Of a stretch of DNA of 64,000 nucleotides, positions 29,716 to 46,500 are shown piece by piece. The notes under the pieces are model-generated. The model was not told where the DNA came from, ran no database searches, and saw only the letters and a program-made list of their open reading frames with translations. The translations under genes and the position numbers were made by a program. Positions within the stretch are counted from its first letter, which is position 1; every line of letters starts with the position of its first letter. Source of the stretch: Macrostomum lignano. Its lineage: Eukaryota. Where the stretch lies: positions 27,985 to 91,984 of the forward strand of contig NIVC01003547.1 of the NCBI GenBank assembly GCA_002269645.1. The letters are read 5' to 3'.

Positions 29716-31767
29716 CTCCAAAAGCTATCACATTGCTATTTTTGCACTATCTTCTCATCGGCAATTTTCGATGCTCTGTGAAAAAATGTAAGCGGAAATT
29801 GGAGATGAAACCACAGATACTATAAACTATTTTTATACTATATACTGTGTGTTATGGTATCTGTGGATGAAACCTCGTGGCGAATATTAATAATAAAGTT
29901 TATTTACCAGACATATTTTTGCGATGGCGAATTGTTTTTTTAAAAAATGGTGTGATACTGATTCGCTAGTGAAACGTGAGTGCAGTGAGCCAGTTCTCAC
30001 GGTGGTTGCTGGCGGTGGATAAACTGGCTTACCTTTTCAGTCATGTCTTTGGGAAAGATCAAATTATCTAATGCTGCTGTCAAATGAGAAGCCTTGACTG
30101 AATGGCTCACAAATGCAAAATATTAAATATTAATATCACCGGTTAATTTTTAGCGATGCAGTGCAGCGCAACTACTTTTTTATTCGCGATTCTAGCTATA
30201 GGCATCGCTCATTTGGTCTTGACGTACTAATATAGTCGGCCTCAAGGGGTGAGGAAGGGGGGAGCGGTTTGGAAGATCGACAGCAGGAGAGGTCAGGGCA
30301 AGCATATATATATATATTAGACCGGCAACCGGCAACAATTGGCAACAATAGGACAACCGGCAACAATTGGACCAGCCATTCCGGTTGTTGCTCTGCAAGA
30401 ACCTATTCTACTGTAATTCTATTCTACTGTCAATATACTCTATTTAGTACCTACAAAAGTGCACTAGCAGCTTATATATGATAGTATTCATATCACAATG
30501 CAATTCAATATGTGCTAAAGCATTCATAACAACGATTTATTAGTTGTAAATTGTCCTGCCATTTTTTTCTTAGATTTTTGCATACATACTTTTGCAGTAA
30601 ATCATAGTTTTAATGCTTGAAAAAACAACATTTAACTGTATCTTTTTCTAAGAAACGTAAGTTCATTTTCCTGTAGTAGTACCATCAGTCGTTTATAAGT
30701 ATGAAGTTTAGTACGAAGTTTATATCTGCTGTTGCAAAATGGGAATGTCTTTCAGTCAGCTTCAGCCTGAAGCTCAAAAAATTGATTGAAACCAACGTTA
30801 GTTTTAATATTGTGAAAACAATATAGGCCTAAGTAAAGTATCAATAGTTTGATGGAATACATGACTATATTGGTCTTATTTTGGATGCTTATATCTTTTT
30901 AAAATTGTTTTGTATTTTACTTTATTTGTGGTAATACTCTTTCAGTATTTTATCTTTTTGAAAATTGAACATAATAATTAGCAAAAGCATTCTTTACTTT
31001 ATTATTAATATAGTTTTTAGATTCCTATAAAATGATGCCCAACTAGCTATTGTGCAACTACAAAACATTTTTGACATTACATCTTCTATTGTCAATGCCT
31101 TAGATTTCCAATTCAATTAGCAATTCAATTGTATTCGATTGTTGTTTCATTGGTGATGCAATGATAATGATGAGTTAATTTTACTTAATTTTGTATTACT
31201 CTGTAATTTATTACTAATAATATTTCTAAATAGTTATTATTGCTATTAGAATATAAAAATGCAAGATTTTAGGGTGTGAATTAATTTTTGGTTGTTATAT
31301 TGTACTATTTTTACTTTTTAGATATTATTAATTATTGTTAATTGTACAATAATATAAAATGAAAAGACATCAATTTTTTGCATATTACAAATTTGTTATT
31401 TGAAAATTTCTGATTTTTGTCATATCAACTCAATGTATTCATCTATATTGTTGTTCCTAATTAAGATATTATATATTTATATTTTAAGAAAAGTATAATA
31501 TAATATAATATAATATAATATTTAGATTTATAAAATATAGATATTTCTATAAAAGTAATATAAAAATATAAATTATAAATATATTTATTATATTACAATA
31601 CTATACAATTGACAACTCATATTCAATGTGATATGATTATTATACAATGGAATATGAATATTGTTATAGCAAGATTGTAGTACCATATTTTAGTATAGTC
31701 TTAAACTATTAATATTTATTATAATATTCATTCATTTCAGTTTCCTTTATCTAATAGTTGAGCAACA

Positions 31768-33063
31768 ATGGAGAAGCTTGAAGCACTTGGTAAGTTTTTT
31801 ATTTGCTAAAAAATTGGAAAACTAAGCTAGCCATTGCAGCTCATTGTCAATATACTCTATATAGTACCTACAAAAGTGCACTAGCAGAACCAGATTCCAT
31901 CTTGTAAGATGACCCTTAGCTAAAGTAGGCCTTTTGGCATTTATTTCATGGGTAGATGAGCCCTTCTCATAATGTTTGAAGTTATTCAATTGGTTTTTTA
32001 TACCCATACTTACCTATGTTTCTCTCTCTAATATACGAGCTATCCTCAATCTAAGCGTAAGTTGTAGCCTAGTGGTTAGAGCAGTGGACTCACAACTTGA
32101 AGGTCGGGGGTTCGATTCTCGACCCACTCGTAACAATTTGTGTCCTTGAGCAAGACACTTTAAAACTCTGCATTGCTTCAGCTCACCCAACTGTAAAATG
32201 GGTGCCAGCATTGGTTGGGGTAATTGAGGATGTGTGGCGACCCCCCAGTCCTTGGACTGAAAAGCTGTACGCAGCCTTCAGATGCGCCGCGCAATAGCTG
32301 CGGCTGAGCTGTCGGTTGCACATCTGGCCATTGAGGCAGGTACAATCAATCTAAAAATAAATAACAAATTTTGACCTTCAATTTTGCAGCCGCCGAGCCG
32401 CAGAACCAGGCGCTGATCAAGCGAGTCGAGGACGCTTTCGGCTCGGCCGGCGCCCCGCTGCAGAAGCCCGGCCGGCTGCTGCTAGGCGAGGGCACGCTGT
32501 CCAAGGTGTGCAGAAAAAGCGAACAGCTCCGACAGTTCTTTCTGTTTAATGACATCCTCATCTACGGGATGCCGCAGTTCCGCGGCTCCTACACCAAGCA
32601 GCGGGTGCTGGAGCTGATCAGCCTCAGCGTGCAGCCTGTACCCGGCCAGCCCCGCGCTCTCGACCTGCACTCGCCGCAGAAGAGCTTCCGGGTGGTGTGC
32701 AACACGGCCGCCGAGGCCGAGCAGTGGGCCCAGCGCATCCGACTCTGCTCCGAGGACTGCCGCAGGCGGCTCGGCCTGTCAGCCGGCATTTCGCCGGCCG
32801 CCGAGACTTCGCCAATCTGGGTGCCGGACAGCGCCGCCTCGGTGTGCATGCACTGCAAGACTGCCCAGTTTGGCGTTGTTAATCGGCGCCATCATTGCCG
32901 GCGCTGCGGCGCCGTTGTCTGCGCGCCCTGCTCAAATCGTACCTGGCTGTTTCCCAGCATCAGCGCCACTCCGCAGCGGGTGTGCCTGACCTGCTACAAC
33001 AAGTTGAGCAGCCACTCGACTGCCGGTGCCTCCAGCTCGGCCAATGCTGACCAAAGCGAGTGA
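31768..33063 (+). CDS. PLEKHF2: PH + FYVE domain protein, PLEKHF/phafin-like, paralog A (exons 31768-31789 and 32390-33063)
   Basis: Micro-exon MEKLEAL-G|gtaagt (phase 1) joins ttttgcag|CC. PH motif GEGTLSKVCRK..RQFFLFNDILIYG. FYVE motif WVPD..CMHC...RRHHCRRCG..VC..CS...RVCLTC. Confidence 0.9.
32061..32300 (+). mobile_element. tRNA-derived CORE-like SINE
   Basis: A-box TAGCCTAGTGG and B-box GGTTCGATTCT, then TGTGTCCTTGAGCAAGACACTT...TGCTTCAG...CTGTAAAATGGG, which aligns with the MIR CORE domain. Second copy at 51416-51602. Confidence 0.8.
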
Positions 33064-33172
33064 TTGATATCTTGTTGTGGCTTTTCTGTGTGCTTGATGG
33101 GTTTTGTCTGAATCACAGATACTAAAATAACCTAAATGGGCCACTCAGGCATAGACTTGGTAAAACCGCTTT

Positions 33173-33459
33173 CTACTTTCAGTTCAGTAGCAAAGAAGAA
33201 TACATAAGCTATTTTATAAAAATAAAGCCAGCTGAAATGACTTTGATAAGTTTAGAAGCCCAAGCTTGCAGGCGTAAACAACTTGCTAATTGGTTCAGCA
33301 ATAATGTACATTAGCCAGTCCACTGAAATGTACATGGCAGGGCGTAGTGTGGAAAGGCGCGTTTGGAGGTTTAAGTGGGGGTAAGAGCCAATAAATGAGC
33401 CTTGGCTTTAAAAAGACATTAAAATGCTTCTGTTTAACTTGCTACTGAACTGAAAGTAG
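33173..33459. mobile_element. Short inverted-repeat element (MITE-like)
   Basis: CTACTTTCAGTTCAGTAGCAA is inverted at both ends. The interior is homologous, in reverse orientation, to about 56915-57070. Confidence 0.6.
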
Positions 33460-33584
33460 CTTGCACCCAAATGTGCTGAGTGGTCTATCTAGTTATTCTA
33501 GTATCTGATTTTGTCTAAACTGGAACTCAAGCCACACAAAACCCAAACCACATGAAACCCAAGCTATTTGTATCATAACCCATG

Positions 33585-34035
33585 TCAGTGGAACCCAAGC
33601 AATCTGGAACCCAAGCCACGTGGAACCCAAGCCACGTGGAATCCAAGCCACCTGAAATCCAAACCACGTGGAACCGAAGCCACCTGGAACCGAAGCCACC
33701 TGGAACCCAAGCCACCTGGAACCCAAGCCACCTGGAACCGAAGCCACCTGGAACCGAAGCCACCTGGATCGGAAGCCACGTGGAACCCAAGCCACCTGGA
33801 ACCCAAGCCACCTGGAACCCAAGCCACCTGGAACCCAAGCCACCTGGAACCCAAGCCATCTGGAACCGAAGCCACCTGGAACCGAAGCCACCTGGAACCG
33901 AAGCCACCTGGAACCGAAGCCACCTGGAACGGAAGCCACCTGGAACGGAAGCCACGTGGAACCCAAGCCACCTGGAACCCAAGCCACCTGGAACCCAAGC
34001 CACCTGGAACCCAAGCCACCTGGAACCCAAGCCAC
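33585..34035. repeat. 16-bp minisatellite (GGAACCCAAGCCACCT)n
   Basis: Read directly from the sequence; about 28 copies. Confidence 0.95.
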
Positions 34036-34524
34036 ATGAAAATCAAGTTAGCTAAAACCCATGGAACTTAATGCTACCTAAAACCCAAGCCCTATGTGCC
34101 CCATATGCAACTCTACATATTGATTAAATTTAGCTCGTAATGGATATTTTTCAACCTGTGTTAATGCCCAAATGCAGTAAGTAAGCAAGGACATTCTCCA
34201 CTAGTATTAAAACGATTCCTCAGTAAAAAGCTAAACAATGAAAAAGCTCTATTGGACGTGTTTTACAAAATGTTTTTAACTGTCTCTGTGATTTTAATAT
34301 TGCGGTCAAAAAATCTTTTTTATTTGCATGCTTAACTATCTCTATCTGGATGCCAAATACATGTACTGCTTGAAGTGATTGCTGCAGGCACAACTCACTA
34401 GCACTATTGAATACGAAGTACTTCCATTTGATCGGATTAATAGTTGTATGCATGTACTGCCTGCTTTGTTACTGCTCCCGAGACGAATGGGAAAAGTGAA
34501 GGAAGCTCCTATTTGGTTGTCAGG

Positions 34525-34612
34525 TCTGTGTCTGTCTGCCTGCCTGTCTGTCTGTCTGTCTGCCTGCCTGTCTGTCTGTCTGTCTGCCTGCCTGTCTTAG
34601 CATCTGTCCGTC

Positions 34613-34677
<65 letters not shown>

Positions 34678-34729
34678 TAGTGTCTGTCTGTCTTACCTGT
34701 CTGACTGTCTTAGTGTCTGTCTGTCTTAG

Positions 34730-34775
<46 letters not shown>

Positions 34776-34857
34776 CCTGTCTGTCTGTCTTAGTGTCTGT
34801 CTGTCTTAGTGTCTGTCTGTCTGTCTGTCTGTCTGAGCATCTGTCTGTCTGTCTGCC

Positions 34858-34950
<93 letters not shown>

Positions 34951-35000
34951 GAGCATCTGTCTGTCTGTTTGTCTGCCTGTCTTAGTGTCTGTTTGTCACA
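34525..35000. repeat. (TCTG)n/(TG)n compound microsatellite
   Basis: Read directly from the sequence. Confidence 0.95.
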
Positions 35001-35843
35001 GTGTCAGTCTATGGACTTATCTTTTCATCTTCCCTGTATTTGAGTGTCTCCCCAGCTGTCTTCAATCCTATACCATATGATTCATCAAGATTTTCGGCAC
35101 TTCGTCATAAAAATATTTTATTTCCTAATTTTTTACGCGGCTTTGCTTTTCTGTTTCCTGCGCTTCAAAAAATGGTGCTTTTTGCTGGATTTTGCCGCCT
35201 CCTTGCACACACGAAACCAAGCCAGTCGGATCCGGGTTGTTTTCAGCCATGTTCGACTGTCCCGCTATGATTTACTGCGACAATAATATTTATTGTAATT
35301 TTTATTGCACTATGGCGGCTGCCTGGCATTTTTATATTGCATACAAAAACTAATGGCTGACAATAAAGATTGTAATTTTTTCTCGCTATGAAGACTCGGT
35401 TTTCTGATGTTTACCTGACAATAATTCCTTGGATTGCCCGTTCGCCTTTGCCAGCTGTCCGCAATATATAATTCGGTCTGGTTGCTGCAATGCTGACAGC
35501 TCACACTTTTGTTTTAATTTGAGGAAAAGTTAGCTATTAACTTTTTTAATGAATTGGTTTTTAATTTAAAAAGTGATTACTGTTCTGAACGTAATAAAAT
35601 AAAGGTGCACGAATTCTGGGTAATATTATATTACTTGTGTTTTTACGGATATTTTTACTATCATAAAATATTAGAAAAATGTTGATGCTTAAAAGTCCCA
35701 GTGTCAAGAATATTAGTGATATCTAAATATCGTTTTCATCCATTTTCCGGCATTGCAGTTTATGGCCAGGCTGACTATGATATTGTAGAAAATATTTGAC
35801 TTCCTTATTTCAACCGATCGGCAGCTTGAAAGCTCGGATAGCG

Positions 35844-38659
<2,816 letters not shown>

Positions 38660-39439
38660 ACATGCAGAGCTCAAGTTCAAAATAATTCACTGGGCAGTAT
38701 TGATGGGCCATCGACAAACAGGTCGGTAGATAGACAGACATATCGGTAGATACAGACATTTAGATAGCAGACATATCTGGTGGTAGATAGACAGACATAT
38801 CGGTAGATACAGACATTTAGATAGCAGACATATCTGGTGGTAGATATACAGACATTTCAGTAGATATACAGACATCTCGGTAGATAGACAGACACAGAAA
38901 TAAAAGCGCCCGAAACCCAGAGCAATACTTACACTAGTTATAAATATGATGAGAAAATCGAACCCATGCGATATTAAAATTCATATTTCTGTCCAAGCTC
39001 TAACTAGCGATCCCTTGTGCCACTATGAATTGAATAATTTAAGTCAGTATTCCGATTGACATTGAATTCGATTTGTGAATCTCATTTCTTGTATTCACTG
39101 GCTTGCGGAATATTCATTATCAGTACAAAATGTTTAACTATTTTATCAGCAGATATTTTTATTTATAACCTACCGATTATTATTTAATTATTTTAAAGTT
39201 TTCTAATACATTAACGCATTAAATAAGATTAAATAATATTTTACATTACATTTCTCAGTAATATACTTTCTTAATAGACTTGCTAGACATCCTCGGTGCT
39301 TGTTTACTAATATATTTTGTCTGCACATTTCTAATGAGATTATCAAACATGTTTTGCCTCGTCTCTTGATTTGGCCAAATTTTCATCTGTTTGCATATGG
39401 AACTTGTTTTCCAATTTCATTTTTTCTGCTTCCAATTTC

Positions 39440-39795
39440 TTGGGGCGGATTTAGCCAGGGGGCTGATTTAGTCAAGGGCGGATTCAATCAGGGGGCGGGT
39501 TTAGTCAGTTATGTAATTAGTGAGGGGCGGATTTAGTCAGGGAGTGGATTTAGTAAGGGGGCGGATTTAGTCAGGGAGTGGATTTAGTAAGGGGGCGGAT
39601 TTAGTCAGGGAGTGGATTTAGTAAGGGGGCGGATTTAGTCAAGGAGTAGATTTAGTAAGGGGCGGATTTAGTCAGGGAGTGGATTTAGTAAGGGGGCGGA
39701 TTTAGTCAGGAAGTGGATTTAGTAAGGGGGCGGATTTAGTCAGGAAGTGGATTTAGTAAGGGGGCGGATTTAGTCAGGGAGTGGATTTAGTCAGG
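39440..39795. repeat. 34-bp minisatellite containing GC boxes (GGGGCGGATTTAGTCAGGGAGTGGATTTAGTAAG)n
   Basis: About 9 copies, roughly 750 bp upstream of the ZDHHC start. Confidence 0.9.
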
Positions 39796-40029
39796 CTGGT
39801 CTCGGCGGGGAGTAAAGTTTATGATTTAATGCCGCATAACTCATGAAATCAAAGTATAAAATGGCCGTAGAGCTGCATGTACGTACGTCTGTAAGTAGCT
39901 GATAAGCTCATGCTAATGAATCGAGATGAAAAAACTGCTCTTATAAGCCAGAGAACCAGGAACGAGACCAGGAACTTTTTAACCTTTAGGTTTAGCAACT
40001 AGCCATGAAGGGAGTTAAATATTAATAGT

Positions 40030-40250
40030 AATATTTTCAGGGCTTCGGGCACCTGGCGTCCCACAAGCAGCACTGAGGCAATTCTGCCCATTCCGCTGAC
40101 ACCTGAGCACATGCAAGCGCGTCAATACTGTACACAGGCCCCCAGTGGCCCTGACTTTCTAATCGTCAGGCATGTACACTCTCTGTGTCTTGGCGGTGGC
40201 CCTCATGACAGCTGTGAATCGCACGACAACCCCTTAGGCCAATTTTCATA
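40030..40250 (-). mobile_element. Partial SINE, same subfamily as the 15.0-15.25 kb copy
   Basis: The reverse complement matches ACAGAGAGTGTACATGCCTGACGATTAGAAAGTCAGGGCC...GCGGAATGGGCAG. Confidence 0.7.
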
Positions 40251-40540
40251 ATGTGTTTTTTATCGTTGAAGTTGAAGTCACTTTTTGCTAAGTCGAATAC
40301 ACGCAATTTCACTGATTCCGCCACAGTTGGCCATAGACATTGCCGGATGCTTAATGTTCTGTCTATGGGCTGGCCAAAACTGAAGTCACTTTCGCCAATA
40401 GTCGGAATTGAAATGGCTGGTATATTTAGCTGACTCGGTATTCTGATAGCTTATTCACACAGCTACAAGCAACTTGACTATAGCCAAAGCAAACACTCGA
40501 TCGCATACCGGTGGTACACGTGACACGCCAAAAGCTAACG

Positions 40541-43500
40541 ATGCGCAGGGAGCAATCGGCTGCACTGGCTACCTCCAGTTGCGTCGTTCAAATCGCTTCC
40601 GACAGCCTGTCGCAGCAGATCGCGCCGCCCTCGCCGTCACTACAGCCGCCGCCGCCGACACCCCCGCAATCTTTCGTTCAGCTGGCGACGTCGGTGGCTG
40701 ACGGACTGCAGCAGCAGAGGAAGCAGCAGAAGCAGCCGCAGGAGCACAGAACCAGGCGATCGGGACGGCCGAGTCGTCGGCAGCCTCATCATGAGCAGCA
40801 GCCACCGCCGCCATCCCAGACTGACTGCAACAACTCTAGCCAGGGCTTCGTGCTGATCCGTAGCAAGCCGCTGCACCGCCAGCTGCGCTCCGCCGATAGC
40901 GTCGCCTGCTTCGCCGGACGAGGTCGGCGCGCCGGCAGAGGCTGCGTGACGGGACCAGCCTGGGGTGTCGCCTACTACGTGCTGCTGGTGATCGTGGGCA
41001 CCTCCGGGCTGCTGCTGGCCACGGACCTGCTGTACCTGGCCAGGCACTGCTCAGCCGTGTTCATGCTGATCTCGGCCTGCCTGCTCAGCCTCACCGTGGC
41101 CACTTTCTGCCAGTCGGCCTGCCGCGATCCCGGCATCATCCCCCGGTCCACTATGGACGAGGCGGCCGTCAATGTACAGGAGATTGCGGCCAGCTCGAGC
41201 CGGTGAGGGGCCAAATCGGGGCCGTGGCAAGCAAGGTTGTGCACGAAATCTGCGTATTGTGTGCCCAGGAGCCAGCGGAATGAGAGTCAGAAGTCTTAAT
41301 TCCTGCAAAAATATATTCCCCTATTTATTTTTTAAAGGCAGGGGATGTGTGCGCCCTTACGCACTTTAAGCGACATTGTCGCACAACCGACTGGCATTCC
41401 ACCGACTCCCCTGAGCAGGCACACAAGCACCAGGACTACTTAAGTAGATGGACGGGAATTAAGTTTCTAGAAAAGTTTAGGAGGCTGGCTTTATCGAAAA
41501 AGTACATTACGAAGATAGAGTTCTTCATTTTTTCAGCACGAAAATTATTCCTTCTGATAGGAGGCAGACACAATCATGTCTCTAAGTGCATGAATAAGAA
41601 TATTGATTAATTTATGGATATCAATAGAGCTATAAGAAACGCAAGACCACAGAATATACTGACATCAAAATATGAAAATTGGGTCTCCCTTTACGACGAT
41701 CAAAAGCAATATCAATTTTAGTGCTGAAAAAAGAAAACTACTCATCTCCATAATGTATGTTTGGTAAAACATGCCTCCAAAAAACGTAGTTTTGTCCTAC
41801 TTGAGTAGTCCATGACTAGCGCGCGGATACGTACGCAGTCACACGCACAGGCACACACTCACACAGGAGTGCACAGCGGCCCTAACTTTATGTATCGTTA
41901 GGCATGTACGCTTCACTGTGCTTTGGGATTTGGCCCTCAATGCCGTTAATTCCCTACTCTCTTATCATGGATAAATCATCTATGATCCATGATCCATTGA
42001 TAAATCATGCATGTTCATGGTATTTTCATGCATGGATTTTTAAAACTTTCCATGGTAAAATCATCCATGTCAGGGAGTTCATACGGGAAAATAAATAACT
42101 AAGCTTATAAAAAATTTCAGGCTATTTTATGTATATCTAATAAAGTTTTAAATATATTTAATAAAAGCGAAATTGTAAATACAAAAAATAGTTTAATAAA
42201 TTTGTTAAAATCTTCACCTACAAATTGCTTTGAATATATTACCAGCAATTTTGTTGGCCATTTTGTTTCGGTTTAGTTAATTACGGACTTAACTTCCCAT
42301 AAACATAAATTACTAGGCCTATTTTTCCTTTCTAAGAGGACTCTGTCACTCTTGCATGTTGTCATCATTTCATTATGTGTCACTATGTGCTATGTTTATG
42401 TTTATGTTTTTTCTTAGCTATATACTTCCAGTTCCACTTTTGGTAGCTAGTTTTAAAATTCGGTGGCTTGTAAGGTTTTTTGACATGCTAATTTTGATCT
42501 TCACTCCTTCAGTGAAAATTGTATTTGTAGATATATTAGAAAATAGAAACCCTATTATATATTATATTTGGGATGCAAAGATAACCTATAGGGGTTAGAT
42601 GTATATTTTTGAATGATATTTTGCTGCATTTTTATAATGATAGGTTGGCCTAACCAAAGCCAAAGGCCTAGTCTAAAGTGGCATCCTAGACCTAGGCCAT
42701 AGCCTAATGATAAAAATCACATGGTAGGCTGACAGTTTCAAAATAATAAAAAATAATAGTATATTATGGTAATTGGTACTTAATTTCGAGACCTTTCATG
42801 TCCTTTGTATCTAATATACAGTCTATAATCAAAACTAGACTAGACTAGGCCCAATTAGGCCTAATATTGTCTACTTTGTATCAGAAAATCCACAATGGCA
42901 CAACTTTATAATTATAGGCCTATATATAGGGCCTAGGCCTTATATTATAATTTTTATTTAAAATCATAGGGGCCTAGGGTCCCTACATTAAATTTTTTTT
43001 ATATACAATTCTAATTGGTTTGTCATTGGCCTCTTGATTGATTCTTCAAACCTTATCTCCTTGTGAAACTTTTTCAGAACAAATTGTTATGGATGATATT
43101 GGATTAAGTGCATCTAATTCTAGGCCTCTTCGAAAGCAGACAAAAAGTACTTCTAAATTTGGAAATGACAATTCAGCATTGTTTTTCTGCTTTATTCTTC
43201 ACAATGTTGGCCATGATGAGCAATATGTGACCATTGCATTTGGGTCTCCCTATTGGCCAAGTACAATAACTAATGATGAAAAGTTGGAACTTGCACAAGT
43301 AAGATTTTAAGTTGGATTTATATGCATAATATTTTGTTATTGAGTACATGGTTTCTAAAACAAATTATTCCAACTACAAATGTAATATTACTTTATTAAA
43401 TTATATTTTAGGGGACTAAAGTCTTTTTACGCATGTATGGCAAACTATTTTCTGCTACACTTGTGGCAAAAGGTAGTGAAAGGCAAATGGCTTCAACTAT

Positions 43501-46500
43501 GAACCAACTTTCCAACTTGGTTAGTGAGGCTGAAAATACTGATTCATTGATTAGCCAAGCTATTGAGCTTTTTGCAATGAAAGATCCCCAAGCTGGCATT
43601 GCAAATGTAAGGACAATAAGGTCATCTAGTTCAAAGCAGGTTGCTTCAAGTTCTAGTTGTCATCAGCATGGACTACTTGACGAGCTTTATGAAGTGGATA
43701 GTGAAAGTGGCGAACCAAATTTGGCGATACCAGCTACTCAATCAATGGGTAAAACTGCAATATATATGAACTATTAATTGTTTGCAATTTGTTTTTTTTG
43801 TTGTATTATTTGATTAATTATTATTTTTTAGAAAAAGCCATTTCTGCATTTGAGAGAGAGGCATCTTTGGTTGAAAATGAGCAAGCTCGTGCCACAGGCC
43901 TCTTGGAATCAAGTTTGTATATTCTATTACACCTAATTGAAAACCAAATACCAAATGAGTCAATATTTTTGTAGCAATAAGCCTTTTTTATCACTAGGTG
44001 CAATTCAAGAAGTGCAACCCCTCCGAGGGGTACAGATAGTAAACAGTGAATCGGATGCAACAATGAAAGGTATAATTTTATTTTTTTAATATGATACAAT
44101 CACATTATTAAAAATCAAAATCACCATATTTTTATATATGAGCATATATCTTACTCTAGATCTAAAACTGTTCATTCAATCCGAGTTGCTTTCTCTTGAG
44201 AAGCGTCTTGCTGCAAGGATATGCCGACTTTTAAAAAAGGATGACAACTTTGGTGGAATGCTAACAATTAAAGAATACCAAAATGAGGTATGTCAGTTTT
44301 TTCTTAGCATCAGCAGCATCACGTCTGTAGTATAAAAGTTCTACTATATAATAACATTTTTTAGGAATTTAGGTGCATTGATGGTTCCCTAGCTGAGCTG
44401 TCTTCAATTCTTTGCAACGATCCTAAGGTGTTCCTCCGAAGGTATATCAAGCTGCGATTTGGCGAAGGCTACTTGCTTGAGCATATAATCGATTCATCCT
44501 GTGGTGCTCGCAGTTCCCGAAGGCCTGCTCCATCTGAGCATGTGACAGAGTTTCAACGTAAATATATATATATAATTTTTTCACAGTTTTGTGCAATTTT
44601 TTTATTATAAAGCAATTTAGGCTAATTAATGCTAAATGATCTGAATCCAATACTTGGGATATTTTCTAAAAAAACACATTTAGGTCTGAGATAAAAGAAA
44701 TTGAGGAAAAATAGTTCTAAAGTTCAATACATCCCATTGACCTATTTAATGATTAGCATCATAAATCAACTTCCTTTTAAATTTAGCCTATTTCTACTAT
44801 AAACACAGTACACAATGTCTATTGTAAAAATATTTTACTATACTCGTGAATTTTCAGGTTTGCTTCAATTGTGCTATCGAACATCTGGCTACGACTTCCA
44901 CGAAATCTGGAAGTCTGTACGAGACCATCTCAATCAGCTGGCCAGGGAGGAGACACGGGCGAGAAAGCGAACTTCAACTGCTGCTTCTGGACCCGAGTCA
45001 GGGGATTCCATTTCCCGCTCAAGGCGAATGGGACCGTGAATTGCGGAAAAAATTCTAGTAACTTTTGAATATTTGAATTGCTATTTTTATGTCTAGTAAA
45101 TCAGAATCTGAGCACTCTCTTTCTACTAATTACTCAGCCTACTCTTGTCAGGCGATTTCTTCTCCCTCAAATAGTTTTTCTACAAGTAATAGGAGTTCAA
45201 TTTCAAGCGAAGCCGGTGTAACGCACTCGCACAGCTGTCCTGACGCTGTGGAAACTTTTATTGGTGAAAACAATGCTGTGCCTGTGCTTGAGGAGAGTTC
45301 AGATAGCTTAGCGAATTTGGCTTCCATCTCAGATCCCAGTGTGCAGGCGGCTCTGATTTTTCAGTGGGCAATTACTTCCGGAGTTTCAGAGGCTGCTCTT
45401 GATAGACTCCTGAAGCTACTTTCTATTTTTAGTAGAGATTCTCTAGCTCTTCCAAATAGCGTCAAGTTGCTCAAATCATTGATTCAAGATACTTGCCCTC
45501 TTGATGATAGTGACGTGTCTGAATTTGGCTTTTGCCCAGAATGCAAAAGCCAGTGTCAGGTTCATTCCCCAAAGTCAAAGGTTGCTGTGACACAGCTCAA
45601 TATTGTTCCACAGCTGCGGACTATCTTAAGCAGCCACACTTCAACTATTCTGCAGTATGAGCAAGAATTGCAAAAGGATAAAAACACAGACGTTTTGAAT
45701 TCCAAAATAGTTAAAGAACAAGGCTTAAGCCTATCTTCTGGCAAGTCGCTTCACTTGCATCTTCTAATCTCAGCTGATGGCGCCAATTTTTTTGAATCTG
45801 TTCAGAGTAGCTTTTGGCCATTTCAGGCTCAACTTCTAAACCTTCCTGTTTACATCCGTCAACGCTTTGCAAATTTAATTCTAATTGCTCTTGTTTCATC
45901 GAAGGCAGTCCCGCATTTCCAGTCTTTTCTGTCTGAAATTATGAACAATTTGCCAAAACAGTTTATATTCTCGGAATACACCGTTCATGTCCATTACACA
46001 CTCTTTGTTTGTGACTTGCCCGCTCTTGCTAAGCTCTTCTGCATTCACCAGTACAATGGTGCGTTTAGCTGTCCTAGGTGCTTGCACCCAGGTGAGAGCT
46101 TTAAAGTATCCGAGAAAGGTAAAAACTGGATCTTCCGCTATGGTGAAGGCTACTTGTTTCCTTTGAGAAACCCATCTTCCCATCTTGAACACTGTCGGCT
46201 CGCACAAATTCGAAATCGGCCTGTTTTTGGCGTAAAGATGCGCAGTTGCTTGTTAGACTATGTTCCGTTTCCCAGCTGCAATCCTATTGACAGTTTACAC
46301 TGCTTTTTCGAAGGCCACACCAAGTATCTACTAGAAGAGCTGTCATTACCTGCAAACAGGCGCGAGTTGTATTTTTGCTCAGCTAATTGCATGGATTTCA
46401 TATCTAATTGTATTCGTCAATCTATAACTCCTTCTAGCATCACAATCAACACAAATTTTAAAGGCTTTTCAGATTGGAAAGCAAAGCATTTTAAAAACTT

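Noticed and set aside
30420-31890. About 45-bp direct repeat (TGTCAATATACTCTAT..AGTACCTACAAAAGTGCACTAGCAG) at about 30428 and 31846
   Set aside because: Probably fragments of a dispersed repeat. No further structure supports an element boundary.
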